In this document: one piece after another, positions 1-13,289 of the stretch
Layout of the letters: every line of letters begins with the position of its first letter
Numbering within the stretch: the first letter of the stretch is position 1
From: the human T2T-CHM13v2.0 reference genome, Homo sapiens
Length of the DNA stretch: 64,000 nt
Reading direction: 5' to 3' (one strand)
Assembly: GCF_009914755.1 (NCBI RefSeq)
Contig: NC_060939.1
Position numbers and translations under genes: made by a program
Notes under the pieces: generated by a model
What the model saw: only the letters and a program-made list of their open reading frames with translations
Database searches by the model: none
What the model was told of the DNA's origin: nothing

Positions 1-2062
1 AGATCCAACATATGAAGTGGCTGCTATTTTATTTCAACATTGCTTATATGTTTAGGAAAACATTTAAAAGATGAGTAGACAAGAATGAAATGATGTATCA
101 CAAGAAGTTTGTTTCCTTCTTACGGTTTCAAAACTGAAATTGTTAGAGAAAATGAAAAATGAGTTTTTAAGTGTTGAGAGTAATTCTAGAAAATATTTGT
201 GCACACAAAGCCTGACTAGACCTATTCCAAATGATGTTCTTATCTGGAGTTTCCCAGCTAGGTTAATGCGGGCATTACCAAATCCTGAGGTACCTAAAAG
301 GAGTTGTCAGAGAAAAGATAAAACAAAAATAAAAGATGGAGAAACAAATAATATAGAGTGTTTTCTGATCAGAAATAAGCCTGCCAACTACCCATTAGAG
401 ACTGGTTAATACTTGTGAGTCTCAAATTGCCTGAATTTATTCTGGAGCTTCTAGATATATCTGGGGAAATTGAGACAATGTACTTCTTTCTTTTTGTAAA
501 AAAACAGTAGGTGTTACCCAAATAAGTGGGAACATCAAGTCTGGTCTTTATTTCTGAGGTTGCCTGCAAGTTGCTACATCCATAACAAAAGTGCCTTTGC
601 AGTTTACTCTTCAGCATATATTATTTCATAAGCAAGGTACTCAAATTGAATCTCAGCTTCAAAACTTAGTATCAATCACATTTTTCAACCTTCCAGTTTA
701 GTTTTGGTATGACTGGAAAATTCTGCAATGCTAAGGAAGTGTGCCAACCATAAATTAAAATAACATCTGAATGTACCCTACATAGTTTATAAGCCTACAA
801 AGGACCTAACGTCATGAGGTTTATGAGTAACAAACCTTGGTGACAGTAATTTTCCTTAGCTGAAACTCTCTATCACTTAAAATATTCTGTCAGACACCCA
901 GTTACACTTTGAGATTTCTCATCAGGCTTTTAGTATTTTAAAAACTCAATTTCTGAAATTTCGCCTATAGGCTCGATCCTTCCAAACACACCTCCCTCCT
1001 GAAATTTCATGCTCATCACAGCTGAATGCCTGCGACTGTCCCGAACACTTCCCCTCGCTACAGGAAAATGCATTAACTTCCAGCTGCCCGGCCGAGTGTG
1101 CCATGTCCGTATCAATTAGGCTTGAGCATTTAAAACGGCTGTTCCTGAGGTGATTAATGACTGCAAATGAGAAGACCTTTCGTTTCCCGGGGACAGGTCA
1201 CCCCAGACCCTGTGTTATCGCCACCAGTCAAGGCATCCTGCTGAACCAGGCTGCCATGCATCCCCTTTCCAGCCCATTTATCAGTCAAACCTGCCAGGAT
1301 GATTCTTTTCAGGTGTGCATCTGAGACACGAGGGGAGAGACCTTTGTTTTAATTGCCCATGATTTGCTTTATGGTCTCCAAGAACTCATGAGAACTTCTG
1401 CCAAAGTAGTTTCAAATTCAGAAGCTGGGACAAATGAGCATCTCCACCATGGATGAGGAGCAGTATCTAGATACACAATGTTCAAAAGCACTTTTCAGCA
1501 CTATGATTTACAGGCAAGTACTGAAAAAAAAAAACTTAGCCAAGAGGATTTTTTGAATTTGTAACTAAAGGTAAACCTGTTTTATAGCTGGCATCTCATT
1601 GTTCAGGAAATTCCAAGGCCGGCTGCCATCAAAGGTTGAGAAAATAAAATGATTTAATTCAAGTTTTCAAATTGCTGATGTAAAATGGTATCATTCCATT
1701 TCTCATCCACATATAAGTGAGCTGAACAATCATCAGGCAGTTATAGTCAAAAGAAACTTTTCAGAACAAAGCTGTCATTAAGAGATATAAAAACATTTAT
1801 CCAAAGAAGACATAACAATGGCCAACAGCTATGTGAAAAAGTGCTCAAAATCACTAATTATTAGAGAAATGCAAATCAAAACCACAATGAGATATCACCT
1901 CATGCCTGTTAGTATAACTGTTATCAAAAAGACGAGATAACAAGTATTGATGAGGGCATGGAGAAAAGAGAAACTTTCTACATTCTTAGTGGAAATGTAG
2001 ATTGGTACAGCCATTGTGGAAAACAGTATGAAGGATCCTAAAGGAATTAAAAATAGAACTAC

Positions 2063-3216
2063 TGATACAGTGGCTGCTGCCATCATGTCAGCTGCAGCAG
2101 GGAGGCGTGGCTGGGGCTGCACACTCCATGGAGCCAGTGGGAGCCCTGCCTCTTCTGAGTTGGAAAGAGAGCTACGTGCCTCTGCAGCCACCCAAACTGC
2201 AGCTACAGACCCAGGCCTCCTGCTCTAGTGAGCAAGCAGGAGCCTCGCCCTCCTGGGTGAGGCTACAGGCCACCTAAACTACAGCTGTGAATCCAAGCCT
2301 CCCTTGTGCTCTTGGGGGAGCCAGGAACAGTCAGGATCTGCCCTCCTGGGTGCAGCTGGAGCCACGGCACTGGTGGCTGCAGATCTGGAACTCCCAGTTG
2401 GGAAGCAGGCAGGAGCCGGGGACAAGCGGGAGCCCTGCCTCTTCCGAGTTGGCCAGGCCGGAGCTCCTGGCTGCAGCTGCTGCTGCCCTCCCACGTGCAG
2501 GGCGTCTCTGCAGCCTGCACCCTCGGGCACCCCAGGAAGGTTCCCTGCCCCTGTCCCTGAAGGCTCAGGGGTGTCTGCTCCCACTGCCTGGCCTCTCTCC
2601 GCTCCCAGTCCCCAGCTCCAATCTCGGAGCGGGGTTGGGGCCGAGCCCCAGGGCCATGAACGGCAGCAGGAGGCAGACAGAGTCCGGGGTGGAAGGGGGC
2701 AGGGTCCCCAGTAAGGCCCCACTTTCAGGCCGTCCCTGGCCTGAACACTGGGGGCCGGGCTGCCAGTCCTGTGGACGGGAGAGGAGACTCATGGTGCCTC
2801 TTTGGCTTGCCCATGGACCAACTGGCATGCACTCTGTCCTCTCTGAACTCCATAAAAGCTCTGTACTCAGCCAGAGCAGGGCAGAGGATGGCTAAGGACG
2901 AAGAGGGCAGAGAGAATGGGAGCAGACCACAAGGTGCAGAGAAGACTACCCTGTCTGCTGATAGCTGGAGACGATGGGAAGACCAGCTGCAGAGAGGAGT
3001 ACCCTCACTGCTGAGAGCTGCAGAGATGACCTGCCAGTAGAGAGGAGCTACTCACTCCTTTGAGCTGTTCTAACACTAAATAAAACTCTGCTTCTTCACC
3101 CTTCACTTGTCTGTGTACCTCATTTTTCCTGGATGCAGGACAAGAACTCGGGCAAAGGTGCTGGGGCCACAGAGGTTTCCCACCAGAAAAATCGACACCC
3201 AAGAGATCTCCTAACA
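2063..3216 (+). mobile_element. ERV1-class solo LTR, MER52/LTR1/LTR27-like
   Basis: TG...CA termini with ctac on both sides (2059-2062, 3217-3220). GC-rich internal repeats, AATAAA at ~3079, and a family-typical 3' end (cctcatttttcctggatgcaggacaagaactcgg...taaca). Confidence 0.88.
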
Positions 3217-3227
3217 CTACTGGTTTG

Positions 3228-3526
3228 GGCCGTAATCCCAGCACTCTGAGAAGCTGAGGCAGGAGGATTGCTTGAGGCCAGGAGTTCGAGACAGGCCTGC
3301 GTAACATAGCGAGACCTCATCTCTACAAAAAAAAAAAAAAAAAAAAAAAAAAAGGCTGCGTTTGGTGATGTGTGCCTGTAGTCCCAGCTACCCTGGAGAC
3401 TGAGATGGGAGGAGTACTTGAGCCCAGGAGTTTGAGCTTTACAGTGAGCTATGATTGCACCACTGCATTCCAGCATGGGATACAGAGTGACACTGTGACA
3501 CACTGTCTCTTAAAAAAAAAAAAAAA
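3228..3526 (+). mobile_element. AluJ with 5' internal deletion and expanded middle A-run
   Basis: AluJ diagnostics (ggattgcttgaggccaggagttcgag; gagctatgattgcaccactgc), long central poly(A) and an A-tail. Confidence 0.93.
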
Positions 3527-4781
3527 GTCTAATGGAAATGAAATCACCACTTAACTTCATAAAGGTATCCACATTTCCTTGTTCATTGCAGCATTATTCA
3601 CAATAGTCAAGATACTGAAACAACTGAAATGTCTGTTGATGGATGAATGGATACAGAAACTGTGATATACACACATACAGAGAAATATTATTTAGCCTTA
3701 AAAAAGGAGATCCTGCCATTTGCCACACGAATGAACATGGATGACATTATGCTAAGTGAAATAAACCAGACACAGAAAGAAAAATACTGCATTATTTCAT
3801 TTATATATGGAATCTAAAAAAAGAAAAACAAAGTTGAATACATGAAGATAGAATAAAGTGGTTGTTACCAGGGGTGATAGAAGTAGTTGTTACCAGGGAT
3901 GTGGTGAGACTGGTAGGAAATGGGGAGATATACATAAAAGGATACAAAGTTGCAGACATGTAAGATGAACAAGTCTGGAGGTCTAACATACAACATGAGG
4001 ACTATAGTTAGTAATACTGCCTTTTATTTGAGATTCTTGCAAAAAGAGTAGATTTTACGTGTTCTTTCCACACATACGCAAAGAGGGTAACTATGTGAAA
4101 TGAATGTGTTAATTTGCTTGACTATAATAACCATTTCACAATGTATATCAAAACATCATGTTGTATACTTCAAATATATATAATTTTAAAAAAGTGGTTT
4201 TTTTGGTGGTCAAAAAAAAGAGATACAAAAACAAAAGCCCTGTGGATGCATCATCTGGGGTTTATTCCACTTGACATATGAGACTCTGCCTTATGGTAGG
4301 GCTCAGGTATCCACCTCTGTCCCTTCTGGCCCTGGGCATGCCAAACCTACACCCAGAAGAGACTTGTGCTACCCTTTCCACATCTTTTCTACCCCATGAC
4401 ATCACTGGTATGTTACTCAGATTTTGGTGTTTTCTAACAGTCTCAGGACATAGGAAAAAAATTTACACTTAAAGCTTCAGAACAGCCATTCAAAAAATTA
4501 TCACTTAATAGAATGAAAACACACATGTACCATGAATAGGAGAGGGAAGGCATTAAAAAAAAAAGACTTCTTAAGGTCAATTTTCCAAAAGGTCTATGTT
4601 TAAATGTTCTAACAAAATCTACTGCATAAGGACAAATAGATATTAAACTGTTATATTGGGAAAAATACTGCATGACATAGAATGTCTGAAATCCAAAAAT
4701 AAATTAATATCACTACGCTTTGCCCTTTAATCAAAAGTAAGTTAGTCACTGGTATTTAATGCACACAAGAATCTAGTATAA

Positions 4782-4993
4782 CATGGACACATGAAGGGGA
4801 ATATCACACTCTGGGGACTGTGGTGGGGTGGGGGGAGCGGGGAGGGATAGCATTGGGAGATATACCTAAGGCTAGATGACGAGTTAGTGGGTGCAGCGCA
4901 CAAGCATGGCACATGTATACATATGTAACTAACCTGCACAATGTGCACATGTACCCTAAAACTTAAAGTATAATAAAAAAAAAAAGAAAAAAA
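4782..4993 (+). mobile_element. 5'-truncated young L1, L1PA2-type 3' UTR
   Basis: Close match to the L1HS/PA2 3' UTR with GAG (gatgacgagttag) and aaacttaaagt rather than the Ta-diagnostic ACA/G. A-tail and perfect 15-bp TSD aagaatctagtataa (4767-4781, 4994-5008). Confidence 0.93.
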
Positions 4994-5204
4994 AAGAATC
5001 TAGTATAAAATTGCTACCAAAAAAAAAAAAAAGAAAAATTAGAGAAACTTGAGATTGTACTGGCAGCTTGAAATTTTCTAGAATTCTAAATTTTAATTTT
5101 AGTCTCTACCTTAATATAAGATATTTGCCAAATGTCCATAGAATTGAAGGTTTTGTACTACTCACTAACAATATATAATGTTTGCTTAACTTGGGTTTGA
5201 TGTA

Positions 5205-5315
5205 GACCAGTGGTTCCACAAACTAGATCATAACCTTAGAAGGTGAGACATACGCATCGTAAGTTCTTAAAAGTTCTCCAGGTGATTCTCATCTGCCGTG
5301 GTTGGGAACCACTGA
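5205..5315. mobile_element. MER5-type hAT MITE remnant
   Basis: cagtggttcc...ggaaccactg inverted termini and an internal ccaggtgattct motif. Confidence 0.6.
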
Positions 5316-8297
5316 CACAGACCAATGCTTTCCAAGACCCCACCTTGTTAGGAAAAGAAAACACAAGTATAGCAGTTAAGAACCCAGGAGTAACTCAGAA
5401 GAAGTAAGTTAAACAGATTTTTAAAATTATAGTGATGTAAATAAGATACTAACATTGGTGCCCAAAAGTAAAGGTAGGTTGGAAATGGTGAAATGTGTGA
5501 TGTAATTGGTAGTTTGGGGCCTATCAGGGAGACTTCTTGGGAAAGTCTTAATTATAAACTGAATTATAAAGGTCAAGAGTCAGTAAATCACAGAATAAAG
5601 AGGCAGGCATTTTAAAGATGACCCCTTCAAATAATCTGAGCATTCAAGCCACCAAGTAATAATGACTATAATTATCATGTGTTCTATCTTTATTTTATAT
5701 CATTATTTAAAAAGGAAAGCTATTTCAGACTGGGATTTCTTGTGCAAAGTTTTTTTTTTTTATTTGGGTTTTTTGTAACTTATGGAAAATATTTCACCCA
5801 AAAAGGAATGGAAATCTTTATCCAGCCTAAGAGTGAGTGGAAGAGAACTAAGCAAACGGAAACAACCAATAGCTCAAAAGCTGAGTACCATAAACACCTA
5901 CACATTTGACTGGACACGATTTCAGTCTTCTTTAAGAGGAGGGACTTAAGAGTCTTAAGAGTTTTCAGCTGGAATAAGATGTATAAGGATAAATTATGTT
6001 TATTCACATAAACTGTTTTGCAATATGAAAAGACCAAAAACACCTGTAAAGCCAGTGTGGCTCCCACTCCAGGAACTCTAGCTGGTAATGTTTCCTGACA
6101 GAGTAATTTATCCTAAATTTCACATCCTGCAAGCATAAGGGTCAAATATATTTTAGTCATAAAGACACTATAAGTTTCCGAGTAGAAATGCTTCAAGTTT
6201 TCAATCTCCAAGAACATTTGTCCCACCTATTCTGATAATACTTTACTATCCCTTTGTTTTTCAAGATACCAGAAATGACTGAGATGGAATTTACTCTAGC
6301 TTACTTCTTATATTTAAAAAGATCTCTTGCTTTTGCATTTATCTAGGCACATATAAAAATCAATATGTGACCTACTACTACCCAGACAGAGGTTAGCATC
6401 ATTTTCTAAGGCTCCTTGCTCTTCACTGTACTTTGGTCTTTTCCATCCCTGCCTGACTCTACACCACTCTCAGGCTATTCTTCCCAGACACTTTTTCTAC
6501 TCTGCCGTCGTCCTCTGCCCAGGAACCAACAAAGCGTTCCCTGTCGGATCAAGTCCTGAACACTCAGCTTGACCCTCTCTAATCAGAAGAATCTGCCTCT
6601 TCAACTTTATTTCCACGTTCCCCAACCTTTTCATTCTAATTAAGCCAATATCCCGATTGCCTTCCATAGAAATCATGTTTTCACTCACATACCTACTCAG
6701 TAAACACTTATTGAGTGCCAGCTGAGTGTCAGGCCTCGTGCTCATTTCTGGCCCCACACTTTTGTTCCTGCTGGCCTGGCTCAAATGCCAAGTCCTCCAC
6801 AAAGCTCTCTTCAGCTGTGCTGATTCCCCACTCAGCGTCCTTATCCTCGGGATTCCCCACATCAGCATTCGCAACCTGAACTCACACAGCACTTTTCTAG
6901 AATACTTTCAGACATTCTGTTTCAAATAAATTTGGAAACTCTGGTTCAAACTCAGTTGGACAGGTTTCTCTACTATGGAATTCTCAGAGGCTTTAATAAG
7001 CTACCATCAGTTGTGAATTCCTAAGAGGGTTATATAATATTCAGAATTTCACAAAATTCCTTGGCCATAAAAATTTTACAGTATAATTGCTGAAATCCCA
7101 GGACAATCTTATTTGGGAAATGTTGCCTACTATTATTTAAAATTGGTACCACACAATTTATCACTTAATCACATTGCTGGCTATATGGTATCATCCTGTT
7201 ACTTCTCTGTCTTCTTTCTATACATCTTTGTCCTTTTCAAATACCCAAAATATTAAGTCCTCCCTTATGACTAAAAGTAAAGAGTAAACCAAAAAATACT
7301 GTCTCAACCCTTGGGGAAAGTTTTCTAATATGTATTTATTTACCTCCCTGCCTTAGTAAGCAGTACAATCAATGGATCTTTGATGGCTGAGACAGGTTGA
7401 AATGGCAAAAAGACAACAGCACCACTTTTGAAAACGACTTTATGTAGACCACCTCCCTGGCCTCAGCGTCCTCATCTGAACAAGAAGGGAACTTCCCAGT
7501 TCTGACGGTCTATCGTACAGCATCTCAGCGTTGTGATTCTTAAATAAGTATTCACTGTACAATCCTATAAAGGTAAGAGCTAAACAATCAGATATCACCC
7601 CCAGAACATTCTTCGGAAGTCTCTGTGCTCTGCTTTCTTACTAATATAATAATAGCTTGTTTTCTTATGATTTTCCTCCTTCGAATAAAAACAATTCCTA
7701 TTAATTTAGGTTTCCTGTCATTTGGCTTTGAGTTAACACAGGCTTTACTTGACAGGGAAGGGAATGACTCGGCAATCACAGCAACAGCCACACCTGCAGT
7801 GCTCCTTCGTTTCCCAAGTGCAGCCAGTAACTGGTCAGATGGAGTCCCAGAGGGCATGGGCCACAGAGAGAGGAAGTCATCTGATGGGAGGGTGGGCATG
7901 AACCCATGGACATGAACCCATGAAAAACAGCTGTCATGTGTCTCCATATCTAGTTATACTTCAGGTTCTAGTGGATGAACAACCAACCAACCAATTTGTT
8001 TTATAATGTAGGGTTTCCTAAGTTAACAAATCTTAAATTTCTTAAGCTTCCAGAGCCCACTGGAAAAAGATCATCACAATTCTAAGACTCTGGAAATGAT
8101 GAATGTCAAAACAATCTCTATTCCATTATTCCAATAAATTTTGTGACATTGATGTGATTTTCACACAATGTTTAATGCAAAATGACAAGCAACTCAAATT
8201 TCCATATTATTCTTTTAACCATCTGTAAAAAATAGATAAATATGACATCTGGTGAAAGCGCTAATGAATGAAAAGTGCATTATTTCCTCCTCAGAGC

Positions 8298-8440
8298 AGG
8301 TGTGTGACTTTGGGCAAGTTACTTCTCTAAGCCTCAGTTTTCTCATCTGTAAAATGGGGCTTATTTCATAGAGTTGTCCTGGGTGTTCAAAAAAATAATG
8401 TATTCAAAACACTTAACACATCATTGTGTGACTGTTATTG
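8298..8440 (+). mobile_element. MIR
   Basis: MIR core tgtgactttgggcaagttacttctctaagcctcagttttctcatctgtaaaatgggg. Confidence 0.85.
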
Positions 8441-9699
8441 CTTTTTTGCTTATGGTTGTTGTTACTATGATTATCGTTTGACTAGTGTTATTGTTATAAA
8501 AAGGACAGTTAGAAAGAATTCTATTAAACCTCTGGAGATTACCTCACTTCGATTTGAAAGCCAATTCTTTCTGCACTGTTCTAAGTCAACCTATACAAAT
8601 TGTTAGATACAAGTTGGAAAAGCCCAGAAAATCGTGTGGTCTCTTTTGCCTTTAATAGATTCCTCCTTTCAACCACTACGTATCTATCTCCCCCAATTCA
8701 CATCATCAAAGAAAGCTTAATGCAATTAAATGGGGAAAGAAGTTAAGATGAAATTAGACAAAGCCACATTAAAGCAGTCAGCTCAATTCTTGACACACAG
8801 ATTGGAGGACAAATAAAGGGGTGAATGGAAGAGATGTTTTTCTTCCTAGGCAGCAGGCATAAGTTACACTCCCATAAATGTCAATAACCAGCTGTGTGAC
8901 TCTGAGTGGGTTGAGAAACTATTAGAATAGATGACCTCCATAGTTCCCTTCCAGCTCAGCCTCAGAGCCCACACTGTTGCTTTCTGTAAAGTTAAGTCTG
9001 AAGGGGAGGATCGGGCTAAATATTACCATTTTAAAAAAGAATGCTAGTGCTATTCAAGAATGAAGTTTAATTCTCAGTCCTTTGGAATACAACTTCAACT
9101 CATTTACTTAGATAAATGCTTTCCAGTACATTTATTAAGAGAGCAAGAAGTGATGTTTTGATTAAAAGTGAATTCTAAACATTTGCTACATTCAGAGCAG
9201 TACTTTGTTAGTTATATTTTGAACTTGCATCTGTATTTATAGAAGCAAGTTCAACTTATATATATAGGACTAAGAGCTGTTGAAATAAAAATTTGCTGTA
9301 GATTTTGCACATTTCGGGTGATTAATCAAAAGATTTCATCTACCTAAACATTTCTTTCCATTTTTTTTCTTAATCTTGGATCCTACTTATCTAAGCAGGC
9401 TTCCTTTCTACTGGATATAATTTCAATAACTTCAAAAGCAAACACAAAGTAATCTTATCTGTGACATTTCTCAAACACTTTTTTCTAAGTCTTTCTTATT
9501 TCATTTGTTATACACAAACCTAGATGGTGTAGCCTACTATACACCTAGGCTATATGGTATGGCCTATTGCTCCTAGGCTACAAACCCGTACAGCATGTTA
9601 CTGCATTGATTACTGTAGGAAATTACAACAAAATGGTAAATATTTGTATATCTAAACACAGAAAAGGTACAGTTAAAAATATTTTTTTAACGGTATGCA

Positions 9700-10010
9700 G
9701 GCTGAATACAGTGGCTCATGCCTGTAATCCCAGCACTTTGGGAGGTTGAGGTGGGTGGACCGCTTGAGCTCATGAGTTTGAGATCAGCCTAAGCAACATG
9801 GCAAAACTCTGTCTCTACAAAAAATACAAAAATTACTCAGGCGTGGTGGTGTGTGCCTGTAGTCCCAGCTACTTGGGAGGCTGAGGTGGAAGGATGTCTT
9901 GAGCCTGGGAGGCAGAGGTTACAGTGAGTGGAGACCACGCCAGTGCACCGTAGCCTGTGTGACGGAGCCAGACTTTGTCTCAAAAAAAAAAAAAAAAAAA
10001 CCCAAAAACG
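9700..10010 (+). mobile_element. AluJb
   Basis: Full dimer with J-type diagnostics; TSD-like aacggtatgc / aatggtatgc. Confidence 0.92.
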
Positions 10011-10351
10011 AAAAATGGTATGCCTGATTACTGATTAGGGCACTTACCATGAATGGAACTTGCTCTGGGTGAGTGGTGAGTGAAAGTCAAGGCCCAGGAC
10101 ATTACTATATACTAATGTATATTTTATAAACACTGTACACTTAGGCCACACTAAATTTATTTTTTAAATATTTCTTTTTTCAATAGTGAATTAACCTCAG
10201 CTTAACATAACTTTTTTACCTTCTAAACTTTTAAATTTTTTAAAACTTTTTTACTGTCTTGGTAATAACATTTAGTTTAAAACACAAACACATTAGCTGT
10301 ACAAAAAAACTTTCTTTCTTTATATCCTAATTCAATAAACTTTTTTCCATT

Positions 10352-10719
10352 TGATACAGTTTGGCTCTATGTTCCTGCCCAAATTTCATCTTGTAGCTCC
10401 CCTAACTCCCACCTGTTGTGGGAGGGACCGGGTGGGAGATAATTGAATCATGGGGTCAGGTCTTTCCCATGATGTTCTCATAACAGTGAATGAGTCTCAA
10501 GAGATCTGATAGCTTTAAAAGGGGGAATTTCCTTGCACAAGCCCTTTCTCTTTGCTTGCTGCCATCCACGTAAGATGAGACTTGCTCCTCCTTGCCTTCT
10601 GCCATGACTGTGAGGCTTCCCCAGCCATGTGGAACTATAAGTCCAATTAAACCTCTTTCTTTTGTAAATTGCCCAGTCTCAGGTATGCCTTCATCAGCAG
10701 CATGAAACAGACTAATACA
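10352..10719 (+). mobile_element. THE1 (THE1C-like) MaLR solo LTR
   Basis: tgatacagtttggct...cagactaataca, TG..CA ends, ATTAAA signal, 5-bp TSD ccatt/ctatt with one mismatch. Confidence 0.92.
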
Positions 10720-13289
10720 CTATTTTTATTTTATTTTTTTTACTTTTAAATGGTACTGTTAAAAACTAAATAGAAACACACACATTAGCCTAGGCCTACA
10801 CAGGGTCAGGGTCACCAACATCACTGTCTTCCACTCTACATCTTGTCCCACTGGAAGGTCTTCAGGGGCAGTAACAAGCCTAGAGCTGTCATCTCCTACG
10901 ACAACAATGTCTTCTTCTGGAATTCCTCCTGAAGGAACTGCTCGAGGTTGCTTTGCAGTTAATTTATTTTTTTAATAAGTAAAAGACTCTAAAATAATGA
11001 TTAAAAGTATAGTATAGGAAATCCATAAACCAGTAATATAGTCATTTATTATCACTGTCAAGTACGTACTATGCATAATTGTATGTGCCATACTTTTATA
11101 CGAATGACAGCACAGTAGGTTTGTTTACACCAGCTTCACCACAAACATGTGAGTAACCTGTTGTGCTGTGATGTTACAACAGCTACCTAGTCACTAGGTG
11201 ATAGAAACTTTTCATCTCCATTATAATCTTATGGGACCACCGTCGTATATGCAGTACTTCAATGACCAAAACATCCTTATGTGATACCTGTGTACTAAAT
11301 GTTTGAAATATTGCAACTCAGCAGAAATTTTAAATGGATCATTTATAGAAAAACTGCTAGAGCTCTTTGAGAGACAATAAATCCAATTCAGTCTGCCCAG
11401 TCAGAGGAAAGACAACCCCTTCAGAAGTTTTAAGAGGAAGCAAGAGGATATATTCTCTCAGATATAACACGTATATTCGTTTTTCAGCAGTTGCAGGACT
11501 ACTGGCTGGCTGGAGCTAGTTCACAAGGACAACCACATCAGTCAGGAAGACCTGTGACCCAATGGCTCTCATGTGCTCATGGACTAAACAGGAAACAAAA
11601 TTCTGCGACCCCAAGTATGGTAAATGATGAATGGCAAGAAAGCAACTGGTCTATCTTCTGATCATGTAAATTCCTTTCCTTTAAAGGGAGGTTTGTCTGC
11701 CCAGAGGCTTAAAGGCAAATCATGAAATCACGTGTCTTCTGGAAAAAGACACACCAGCTGATAAAAACATGGTTTCTCCAATAATCAGTTAAAAACATCA
11801 AAATATTTATAATTATGTGCTATTGCTTGAGCTGGCATTCTCTATTTCTCATCACTTTCATCAACCAAAGTTTATTAGGGTATGGAAGTTGATAAAACTT
11901 AGAGAAAAATCCCAAGGAAATTCCATGTCTTTTGTGTTCCCTCAAACTGAAGTTTTCCCAGTATCTGTTTTCTCCTTATTGGCAATGGTGAGAAGGAATA
12001 CTATATGAAAAGAGATTTAAAATCTATCATAGACTTTGTCATATGAGAACAATCCTTTCTGGAAAAGAAATGTAAACTTACAGGGATTTCTTAAGGGTCT
12101 CCATGGATATACACCATCCCCCTCCTCCAGTAGCTGTTAGCTTTTATGTGCAAATGTACTGAACTAGAGACCTATTATATCAAAAGGACATTTTCATCCT
12201 AGAATATTTTTCAGAAAAACAAGCCTCAAAATGTAACTCTTCTGTGCAGATGCAATCACCCAATCAATTCTTCTGCTGATTCAACATTCTAATAAGACTA
12301 ACAATCCATTCATTCATTCATTCATTCATCCAGCAAACATTTATTGAATGCCCACTACAAAGTTCAGTGTTGTAACGACTGAGGCTCTGAAAATCATGGC
12401 TCCAAAACTCAAAACCTATGAAACCTTGGATAAGTTTCTTAAACTCTCAAGTTTCGGTATCCTTATTTAAAATACTAGTTGCTGGTATGCAGCTACTTTT
12501 TATGAACCAACCTAGAGAAACCCCATCCTCCTTATTCAGATGCCCTACTGGGAGGAAGGTGCGTGGGTCAACCTAGAGGAAGACTATGATATATTTTGAA
12601 ATGATCTTAGGATAGGACACAGAATCTCAAGCAGGTTGCTCTGGATCTTTCCACTGTTCCAAGAACAAGGATCACTCACCAAGGCACTAAATGCAACCAT
12701 TTCTGTTGCATACAGACAGAGAAAATTAATACATTTAACAAATGATTAAAAGAAGTGTTCAGGAAGAATTCAATATAGAATCACATAACTAGAATGGCAA
12801 CTATTGATTAGATGAGGCTGAAAGGGCAGCTGTGTGTATTTCAAAGGGCGCTGAATGCCAGATGAAAACATCTGTACACAGAGAGGGGAAGACATGAATA
12901 GGTTTGAACCCTAAAAAGATGTTTGTCGACACCAAGCAGACTGGACTGGGGTAGGGAGTGAGTGGAGGCTGTGAAGCCAATTAAGTTTGTGGTCACAGTT
13001 GACATAAGAATGTAAGGAAGAAAAAAGGCTTCAATAGCATAATGCTTTAATACCATGCTTCTCAGCCTTGAGTATTGCATGGGCCATTTGTAAACAATTT
13101 ACAAAGTTAAGTTGTTATTATCATAGTGTTATTTAAAGGTGTACAATATTCCTTATACCTATAGCGCCAATGAAAGTAAAACCAAAACGAAGTTACAAAC
13201 CCAGGTAATATTGTTCTAAATCTTGTCCTCTTTCTGGCTTTTCGACACCTCTAGGTCTTCCAACCTCCTTCCTCTAAAACTAACGATTG

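Larger units (their letters stand above)
1796..4217 (+). mobile_element. L1MA-type 3' fragment (ORF2 C-terminus + 3' UTR), interrupted by a solo LTR and an Alu
   Basis: L1 3' motifs (gaaatgcaaatcaaaaccacaatgagatatcacctca; gcagcattattcacaatag; atgtatatcaaaacatcatgttgta). TSD-like flanks aagagatataaaaac 1780-1794 and aagagatacaaaaac 4218-4232. Confidence 0.9.
9508..11290 (-). mobile_element. Tigger3 (Tigger3b-like) DNA transposon with nested Alu and THE1
   Basis: tacacaaacctagatggt...gcctactatacacctaggctatatggtat at one end and ttataatcttatgggaccaccgtcgtatatgc at the other match the Tigger3 family in reverse orientation. Confidence 0.85.

Noticed and set aside
1895-3040. Cluster of overlapping ORFs up to 202 aa on both strands
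   Set aside because: All lie in or overlap the GC-rich solo LTR, where stop codons are rare. The products are low-complexity with no recognisable domain.
7588-7947. Overlapping sense and antisense ORFs (119 and 96 aa) in unique sequence
   Set aside because: No homology recognised and no convincing splice sites; lengths are within chance for 64 kb in six frames.
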